From the NCBI GenBank assembly GCA_951406725.2, contig OX597814.1, positions 135,966,001-136,030,000 of the forward strand: 64,000 bases of DNA. The letters are read 5' to 3'. This DNA comes from Octopus vulgaris. Lineage: Eukaryota. A program made the translations under genes and the position numbers. Positions within the stretch are counted from its first letter, which is position 1, and each line of letters begins with the position of its first letter. The notes below the pieces were generated by a model, which worked only from the letters and a program-made list of their open reading frames with translations, was not told where the DNA came from and searched no databases. Shown in pieces: positions 54,900-64,000 of this stretch.

Positions 54900-55068
54900 C
54901 TTACTTATTATATATTGTTTATTCATTTTTTTGTGATCTGGTTATATGTTTTATAATATATTTTATTTTTTCTTTATGATTTGGTTTATGCCAGTCATTG
55001 TTTGAATTGCATAATTGTGGTTTTTCTTTAATTTATATATATTATATATTTATATTGTGAAATTTGAT

Positions 55069-55296
55069 TTAATCCTCTCATTACCAACCTGGCTGAAACT
55101 GGCTCTAGCTCTGAGTACAAAAGTCTTATCTTCATAAGTTTTGAATTAAAACCTTCCACCAAACCTTAGTCATAATCTATGTTCCTAACACTAGCTTAAT
55201 GATAACTAAGTTATTTTACAAAATTCTTTGTTATATTTTAAGTAATTTAAAGAATCACAGAGCATCTCAAAATAAATGCAGTAACAAAAGGGTTAA
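55069..55296. mobile_element. TTAA-flanked MITE (piggyBac-like)
   Basis: TTAAtcctctcattac ... gtaacaaaagggTTAA imperfect terminal inverted repeats. Confidence 0.55.
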
Positions 55297-55362
55297 TACT
55301 AAATTGAATTTTTCCCTGTAAGTTTGGAGTTCATCATCATCATCATCATCATCGTTTACTCC

Positions 55363-55394
<32 letters not shown>

Positions 55395-55397
<3 letters not shown>

Positions 55398-55582
55398 TCA
55401 TCATCATCATTTAGCGTCCGCTTTCCATGCTAGCATGGGTTGGACGGGTCAACTGGGGTCTGTGAAGCTGGAAGGCTTCATCAGGCCCAGTCAGATCTGG
55501 CAGTGTTTCTACGGCTGGATGCCCTTCCTAACGCCAACCACTCCTTGAGTGTAGTGGGTGTTTTTTACGTGCCACCTGCACA
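55395..55582 (-). mobile_element. RTE 3'-UTR-only copy; others at about 1320-1592(+), 7005-7187(+), 22040-22218(-), 23240-23668(-), 35532-35850(-), 50235-50470(-), 56345-56553(+)
   Basis: Close match to 49130-49310 including ccaacccatgctagcatggaaa and the (GAT)n tail. Confidence 0.85.
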
Positions 55583-55695
55583 CATATATACACACACACA
55601 CATATAGGGAGAATTCACAAAAAAACAAAAGATAAAGACAGGTGGTGTAGAAAACAAACAAATGTATTAATATAAAGCTCAGGAATTGAAAGTCT

Positions 55696-56300
55696 TTAAC
55701 ATATATATCTATATCTCTCTATATCGTTCATGTTGAAGATAATTATTTGGTTATCATCTGTGGTGGTGGTGGTGGTGGTATTGGGAATGCCAGATACTTC
55801 CTCCATGTTGCTGTTCCTTGATTGGTCACCATTTCTAGGTGTGGCAGTTGTACTGGTGGTAACATACGTTGCAGGTCTGGTCACTCTATCTGTGTCTATG
55901 CTTTGTTCATTATCTATGGCAGTGGCACTGGGGTGAACAGTGATGCTGGTCCTGGACTGGTTATTATATTTGGGTGTGGTAGTTGTACTGGCGTGAGGTC
56001 TTGTTAATCTGCTAATATTGCTTTTGGATGGTACTTTACTGTTAATATGGATAGCAGGTCTGAGTATCACTGTAGCCTCATAGATGACCCCTTCAGCCTC
56101 ACATCAGCCTCCTACTGGACAGTTATTGTATACCCTGCAAGAGCAACCTGCTTCCTCTCTTGTATTGGGGGTACGTGTTAAAATGATTTTTATGTTAGGT
56201 GCACAACTAAAGGAGACTCTTAGGTTGTGTCTGTTAAATAAATACCTGTATCTATGTGTGTGTATGAAATGTGTGTCTATCAATCTAAGGAAATTTCAGA
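55696..56300 (-). mobile_element. Penelope-like retroelement fragment (linker plus start of GIY-YIG endonuclease), disrupted
   Basis: One frame reads NFLRLIDTHFIHTHRYRYLFNRHNLRVSFSCAPNIK...CSCRVYNNCPVGG*CEAEGVIYEATV, then a Thr-rich run ending RYRYI. This matches the FNR..K.SYSC.PN and C.C....CP..G.C....VY.A.V pattern of Neptune-type PLEs. Confidence 0.75.
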
Positions 56301-56733
56301 CATTGTGTCTATAATAGAAATGATTATTATTATTATTAATACCCATGCCAGTTCATGTAAAAAGCATCTATGCTGGTGTCACATAAAAAGCACTCAGTAT
56401 ATTTTGTATACTGGCATTATGAAGGGCATCCAGCCATAAAAGCCAAGCCAAATCAGTCTGGAACCTTGTACAGCTCTCCAGCTTGCTAGCTCTTTTCAAA
56501 CTGTCCAACTCATGCCAGCGTGGAAAACTGATGTTAAATGACGATGATGATGATTCGCCCATCACTACATGTATTTTGCCCCTTGCTATGTTCTGAGTTC
56601 AAATTCCGCTGAGGTTGAATTTGCCTTTCATCCTTTTGGGGTTGATAGATTAAGTACCATTTGAGTACTGGGGTCGATGTAATCGACTATCCCACTCCCC
56701 CAAATTTCAGACTTTGTGCCTATAGTAGAAAAG

Positions 56734-56779
<46 letters not shown>

Positions 56780-57457
56780 GAAATCATTAGCAGAATCGTT
56801 AGCATGCCAGATGAAATGCATAGTGGTATTTTGCCCGTTGCTATGTTCTGAGTTCAAATTCCATCAGGGTTGACTTTGCCTTTCATTCTTTCAGGGTTGA
56901 TAAATTAAGTACCAGTTATGTACTGGGGTCAATGTAATCGACTGATCCCCTCCCCTAAAATTTCAGTCTTTGTGTCTATAGTTGAAAGGGTTATTATCAT
57001 TATGAGAAAAAGAAAGAAAGAAAAAACAAGATTGTAATCAAGAAGAATTAACCATCTTCATCTTTGAAGTTCTCTTGAAACTACCAGTGTTACACTACCA
57101 GATATACTGCTCTCAATCATTTATGTTGTAATATCACACGTGTTCTCACAAAAGACTTTAGTCTACTTATCTCCACAGAGATCTAATCCTTTCTGACAGA
57201 TAAAATAATGGAGTTGCTCTATAATTAACTAAACCCTTTGAAGGCTGTTCCCCAACATGGCCAGAAAGTTCAATGACTGAAAGTAGTAAAACACAATGTC
57301 TTTGTGTGTGTGTTCATACAGTTTCTCCATTTTTGTTTCATGAATGCAGTTTTGTCTTTCATTTTACAGTCATTAAATTTTTTTTTTTGTAATTCTAATG
57401 ATCTTGAAATTATAATGTAAAATCGTTTTTTTTTTCCTTTTGAATTTTGATTTTCAG

Positions 57458-57578
57458 ATACGACTTGCTTTCAAGGATTTTTTGGATTTGCTGATATGCA
57501 ACCAATCTTACGCCATTTCTGTGTGTATCATTTGAATGCCCCCGGCCAGGAGGAAGGAGCTCTTCAGTTGAGACCAGA
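57458..57578 (+). CDS. NDRG: NDRG-family exon (H)TTCFQGFFGFADMQPILRHFCVYHLNAPGQEEGALQLRP(E)
   Basis: ttttcAG acceptor, GA|GTCAGT donor, 121 nt, phase 1/2, in frame with the previous exon. Carries the NDRG motifs CF..FF...DM and H.(D/N)APGQ.EGA. Confidence 0.95.
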
Positions 57579-59023
57579 GTCAGTATTCATCTTTTTTTCT
57601 CTACCTTCTAAATATTATATATTGCTGTAAATTGAAGTCAGTGTATTCTGTATGTGTGCAATTAACATAGTAGTTTTTGGAAGTTCAGCTCTTTCAAAAG
57701 AGTTCTCTTTGACAAGAAGTGGAATATTTTAAATATATTGTTGCTGCATATTTGAGGACATTTAAATAACAGGAAGCCATTAACCTCCATATGTTGCTGT
57801 TTAGAGCTTGGACATCAACTCTAATTGAACAAATTTATGATCAAAAGTTTTCCAGTTGCAACCATCCTGTCATTTTTCTTTCCAAGAATAATGTATACGG
57901 AACCTGTTATCTTTCTTTTACAAGAGAGTAGGTTGGACTTGAGGGAAATTTAGCTGCTTTATCTATAGATTGTAATTGCATGGAGGTTCTCTTATTGACT
58001 TGCTGGACCTTCATCTTGTTTGGCAGTGCTACTTATTTAAGCTTATTTCAACTGCTATGAATTTATGAGAAATTGATCTTGTTTTTTAATGTTGATTAGA
58101 TTGAAACATTTTACAATGAATCTAGTCAGCATAGATTATATTTCAATAATGATATGTAGACAAGTGTTATCCTGCAAATGAATGTGTGTGCATATGTTTA
58201 GGTTAAATGCCACACTTGAAAATATGTATGATTCAACCATTTGAAATTGGTACATTGAAGTTACCAGAAATATAATTGATTTTATAATTTGGATTGACAA
58301 CCAAAGTGAATGTTAGGGTATAAATCAGTATCCATTAGTAATACTTTGACTAGAATTTAATACTTAGAGAAAACAAAATTTTGGTTCCCAACCAATATCT
58401 CAAGCAACAATATATGTAAATTAAGGCTTTCAGAAATTTAATGTTTCATCTGATAGATTTATTTGAAAGCTGTTCAAGTGTATGTGATATTGTACATTTT
58501 GATGCTATCGTCTACCAATGTACTGCTATGCATGCACCTCCTTATATAGTGTTGTACTCATGTTGTTAAAAGCCAAAAGGAAATTGATAGCTTTTTTTAA
58601 TCATTTACTTTTATTTTAAAATATATGTATTTTTCTTTTTGGCATTTGAAAACTGTTGAACTGTATTTGTAATCATGTGAAACCTTTTTATTTTTAGAAC
58701 TTGTCTTTGTTGTTATTTTTATAATTGCATTTGTTCTTTGAAGTGTATCAGTACAAGTTTCCCACTTATTTTCTCATATAACTACAGTTCTGTTGATAAA
58801 GACAAAACTACCCAATCCAAAAAGCAAATTGATTATATTTTGTTTTGATCACACATAATATTTAATGTTAAACCTCAAAAGATTTTATTTAGAAATAATA
58901 AATTACTGCATAATATTGTTGCCTAAGTTATCAAAATGAGAGATTTGGTAATTGAATGATTAGGGTGTTAAATTTACTGCAGATTACAGGTTCCTGTTCT
59001 TCAGGTTGTGCTCACACGGTATA

Positions 59024-59060
<37 letters not shown>

Positions 59061-61749
59061 GCTGAGGAAATTTCTGTATGGGTTTGATAAATTTGCAGAT
59101 TTAGACATTTCTATAATTATTGTGAAAAAATATTGTTATGGCCTGAAAACTTTTTAGATATCAGCTTTTATTATAAAAAGTTATCAGTTTGCTTTTAATC
59201 ATTACTTCAATACATTCGCTCTGTTTATAATTGATTCATTTCTGCTGTATTAGTAATGTTCACAGTTTATCAGAAATACCTGGCACTGAATTAAGAACAA
59301 TGAAACATTTGATCAATCATTATGTTCTGTTCAAGCTGTGCTACTAGCTTTAATTTCTGCTGTTGAGCAAAGCGAAAATACTCTACATTACTTTATTAGT
59401 CAGTTAAACTCACATATAATATTCTCTTTATAACTGTGTGGTTAGTATTAGAAACCTGTCAGTAACATATTTGTTCTGTCTTATAATTATCTGAATAATC
59501 AAAACCCGTATAACTCCCAGGAGCATAAAAGGCTCTGTAAAATATGCTTTGCAACCATATGGTTTTGGATTTAGTCTCAATGCCCTGCATTAATGGCAAG
59601 AATATACTTCTGTAGCCTCAGGCTGATCAATGCCTTGTGAATGAATTTAGCAGATGGAAACTGTGTGGAAGCCTGTCATGCACATATGTGTTTGTGAGTG
59701 TGTGTCTGTGTATTTTTGTTTTCCACTGCTTGACAATCAGTTTTGCGTTACTTCCATCCTTTTAACTTAGTGGTTTTGCAATGAGAGACTGATAGAATTA
59801 GTAGATGGATTAAAAAAAAAAAAGAAGCACTTGGGTAGATTTGGTTGAGTGAATCTTCAAGGCATTGCTCCTGTATGGCCACAGTTTAGTGACTGAAACA
59901 AATAGAAGGAAAGAATCTGCAAGAATATTGCTGGTAAAATGCACCCAGCACATTCTATAATGTAGTTGTTGGTGCTATAGAAACCAAGCCAAATCAGAAC
60001 CTAGTACAGCTCTCCTGCTTGCCAGCTTTGGTCAGTCTGTCCAACCCATGCCAATATGGAAAATGGACATTTGATGATGATGATTTATAAATGGTCTCAG
60101 AAATCTTCAGATGTTGAACCCATGTCAGCATGGAGAAAACAAGTTTAATGATAACATCAAGGAAATAGTTGGGACCAGCTTTTGTTCCATAATCATATAC
60201 TCCCTGCGATTTTTCTCCTTTAGTTAAAATATATAATAAAATCAAATAGTTAGACTTCAGTTGGATTTTAAATTTTGTTTTACTTTGAAAAGAGGGTAAA
60301 ATGACTTACATGTTAAATGGTTTGGCAGAAGAGCCTGAGGTTACCTGTCTGAAGAACACAGGCTAGTTTGATAATAGTAAAAGAAGCAGATGGACAATAC
60401 ATTCTGTTGGGAAGAAGTTCTGTCTTCTTTGCTTCAAAAGCTTTATGCAATTAGAAATCTCCTTCAATAACAGAACATGCAATGTTTAATTAAGAGGGAA
60501 ACTAAATTTTAGAGTAGAGCCATGGCTCTTAGCTGACTGCTGTGAACTGCCTTCTAACATGTGGACAATAAATATTTGATAATCAGCCATAAAAATTATA
60601 TATTTATAGTTCTTCAATTTCACTATTGGTAGACCATATGGACTGTGTTGTTACACAAATCTTCTAATCCATGGCTAACTTCATCTTTTTTAATTTTCAT
60701 TACTGTAAGGTCTGTTTAAAGTTTAAATGGTTATGTATTCTAATTGTTGGATACAATTTCAAATTATATTTATCTATTTTCTGTATGGCTTACATTGTAA
60801 ATTAAATAAAAAAAAAACTCAGAGAAAAAAAGAAAAGAAAAAATACAAAAAAAAATGAGATCCCTAACAGAATAGCTTCTTGATATAATGTATATTCTTA
60901 TATAATTTGCTAAAGTTGAAAGCCTAGTGTTACATTATGACTAGTTTCATCTGCTGTAAGATCCATACAGTTTTCAAAGGTATGATCTGCACAAGCATGT
61001 TGAAATCATTGGTTTATGTTTTCAGTTCTTTTCAGCCATTCACTGGTGATTTATACGAAAATTAACAAATGGCTTTTTTTTTTCCATACTGAATTAATGC
61101 GTTATCACTACGGTTGGAATTATTAGTTCTACACTGTACGTGAGCAATCTATTTCTGCACAACTAGTTTCAGGTTTTGAGCCTCAGTATTGCTGCTTACA
61201 ACACAAGTTGTATGCTAAAAGAATTCTGTAGATTCTCTGATATTTTACTGAAGTACTCACTCTAAAAAGACACTGCTGCATGTGAAATAACCTGCCTTTC
61301 AGTCTAGCATGTAATAATACATAGGTTTGCTTTTCACCCATCCACTCCATTCAAACATTCATTTCCTTCAATTAGTTTTGTTATTTCTATCATTAAATGT
61401 TGTAGGATAATTCCTTTTTGTCATCCAGCATGATTTATTTTTATTTGCAATTATTCAACATTGTTATTGGTCTCCTAATTTTCTCAGTGATATACTATAA
61501 AAAAAAAAAGATTAAACAAAAACAAAGATATAGATATTCCAACATTATTACTCCTTTAACAGATTTTTTTTGTGGCTGTGAGGTTAAGAAGCTTGCTTTC
61601 CAACCACATAGTTTTGAGTTCAGTTCCAATCTGTGACATCTTGGGCGAGTGTCTTCTACTATAACCTTGGCCAGCCAAAGACTTGTGAGTGAATTTGGTT
61701 GATAGAAATTGAAAGAAGCCCATCGTGTGTATGTGTGTGTGTGTGTGTA

Positions 61750-61789
<40 letters not shown>

Positions 61790-61803
61790 CACAAAACTAT
61801 GCA

Positions 61804-61841
<38 letters not shown>

Positions 61842-62392
61842 TGCATAGTTTTGTGTATGTGTATCTTTGCTTTGACATCATGTGATAGTTGTAAACAAAT
61901 GCCACCATCATACAAGTGGTGTCCTTAATTTTCAGTCTTCTGTGGAACTGTCTGGCCATGGGGAAACAGATGAGGGTGGCAACAGAAACAATGTCCAACT
62001 GTTGAAAATCTGCCTCAACAAATCCCATCTGACTCATGCTAGCATGGAAAAGTGGATGTTAAAATGAAGACAGTGATGATGAGGAATGCTTACACAGTGT
62101 TATTTCTCTTTCTCTCATACTTTCTCGCTCAACCTCAATCTCTCTTTCTCTCTCTCTCTCTTTTCCTACATGCACATTTTTACCCTTATTGTTTTAAAAA
62201 TCTTGAAAACATTTGCTTTGTTTTTGTTACTGGAGCAAATAACTGAATTTTTTTTTTAGAATATCAGTGAGAAATAGTTTCTCTTGAGTATCTAGTTGAA
62301 AAAAAATTTCTTGTCCAGTCATGTCTTTGCTATTTTGTTGCTCTAAGACTATATGTAGTGTTAAGCATATGTGCTGTTTTAAATATTATTAG

Positions 62393-62434
62393 GCAAGATG
62401 CCCTTGGTAATCCTGAAACCCTTAATGGGAACAG
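62393..62434 (+). CDS. NDRG: Candidate 42-nt symmetric exon of the NDRG gene: (E)QDALGNPETLNGN(S/R)
   Basis: attattAG acceptor and CAG|GTCAGT donor. Phase 2/2 matches the preceding exon, there are no stops, and GC is locally elevated in AT-rich non-repetitive sequence. Confidence 0.65.
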
Positions 62435-62744
62435 GTCAGTATGCAGTTCTTCTTAGATTGTAGTCTTACACAACTAGCGTCTTGCTTGCTATCACCTTTA
62501 CAGCAGTTTCTTTTTCCCCCCCATCCTGCTTTCACTGCTATATTTATATTATTATTATTTTAAAATTTACCCTTCTGTTTTCTGAAGTGATGATAATCCT
62601 AGTTAAAATAGTTGTTTAATAATAATTATATATTTTATACATTGCATGTTAATTCTATTTTTAAATTCCAAATTTAACTTGTAAATTCTTCATTTTCAGG
62701 AATATTATTTTTTAATTACTGTTTAATTCCTTTTAACCTGCCCC

Positions 62745-62792
<48 letters not shown>

Positions 62793-62995
62793 TATTATTA
62801 TTATTATGGCCTAGTGGTTAGGGTGTTGACTTAAGATCGCGAGATCATAATTTCAATTCCTATTGGCGACCAGCTGGCTGAATATCTGTTGTGCATAACA
62901 TAAACATGTTCTTCATGGTATAAATGTTTTACAGTATTATAAGGGGGAACCAGTCTCACCATTCATGGTATGTGTGTACTAATATAGAATTATAC

Positions 62996-63170
62996 TACAG
63001 GGTGATTCAAAGGTCGACATACATAGGAAAAATTTATTTATTTCTAAGAAACAGTTTATAAGAACATTTTTTATTTAATAGGCTCTATATGGTTTCCATT
63101 GTTTTGAATACACATTGCAATACGTTTACCCAACTCATTGTGAACTCGTAATAACACATCTGGTGATACC
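62996..63170 (-). mobile_element. Probable Tc1/mariner terminal fragment
   Basis: Begins TA-CAGGGTGATTCAAA, a Tc1/mariner-type terminus; no partner TIR found. Confidence 0.4.
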
Positions 63171-64000
63171 TGTTGTTGTTGATACATGGAGACTTGAATC
63201 ATACTGTTATGAAAGTGTATTGGTTTCCTTGTGTTGTAGAATTAAAGTGTAGGCCATAGGTACAATACTTTTACTTTTCAATATTTTACACTGCTAAGGT
63301 GGTGAACTGGCAGAATTGCTAGCACGCTGGGCAAAATGCTTAGTGGCATTTTGTCCATCGTTATGTTCTGAGTTCAAATTCTGCTTGAGTCAACCTTGCC
63401 TTTCATCCTTTCAGAGTCAATAAAATAGGTACCAGTTGAGCACTGGGGTTGATGTTATTGATTTACCTCCTCCTCTGAAATTGCTGGCCTTGTGCCAATA
63501 TTTCACACTGCTCAGATGGTGGCCTGGCAGAATTGCTAGCACACTGGTCAAAATGCTTAGTGGCATTTCATCTGTCATTATGTTCTAAGTTCAAATTCCG
63601 TCAAGGTTATCCTTTTGGGGTTGATAAAATAAGTACCAGTTGAGCACTGGGGTTGATGCAATCGACTTACTCCTCCCTACAAAATTGCTAAGCTTGTGCC
63701 AAAATTTGAAACCAACCTTTAACACTGCTGTGAATTAATAACCAGGTGAAATATTTAGAATATTTCCATGTTAAAAATGAAAGATTTTTTTTAGTTTCCT
63801 TATTAAAAATAATAATAAAAAAAAGCTTAATCACTTCAGACTCTTTGTTCACAATTGTTAGTTGTCCATGTGTTGATGGAACCCCAACTGTTCACTAAAT
63901 TTGCCACTGAACTCACTGCAGATCTTAATCCTTCTTTTAGCACAATCTTTCTGCAATTGATTGAAGTCAAACTAGAATTCAGTATTGCACATTCTCATCA

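Larger units (their letters stand above)
52819..55037. repeat. About 2.2-kb AT-rich foldback; arms about 52819-53600 and 54088-55037
   Basis: Reverse-complement matches at the outer ends (aaattagagaaaaaccactattatgcaat vs attgcataattgtggtttttctttaattt), inner ends (tattatagatatcattccgaaaatatttatgaaat vs atttcataaatattttcagaatgatatctataata) and internal blocks. Confidence 0.9.

Overview
AT-rich, repeat-dense animal genomic DNA. The repeat landscape (tRNA-derived SINEs, RTE/CR1 LINEs, Tc1/mariner, Penelope-like elements, long (TA)n tracts) suggests a mollusc, probably an octopus; this is inference only. The one host gene I can support is the 5' half of an NDRG-family gene on the + strand. It has three core coding exons (38619-38723, 45075-45174, 57458-57578) and a frame-preserving 42-nt candidate exon (62393-62434), and it continues past the window end. 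Upstream are several candidate alternative first coding exons (27724, 28716, 29293+32599) that all splice in frame into the 38619 exon. Most ORF-track entries are microsatellite or repeat artefacts. The most unusual signal is a set of type I hammerhead-ribozyme motifs in at least three unrelated repeat backbones: 17804-17875 in a 353-bp terminally redundant unit, 46891-46985 with an intact core, and one in each arm of a 2.2-kb foldback at 52819-55037. There is also a possible G3-C8 core variant at 54496-54546, decayed copies near 5.0-5.3 kb, and a Penelope-like GIY-YIG fragment with a long Thr-rich insert. All coordinates were counted by hand; repeat boundaries are approximate.
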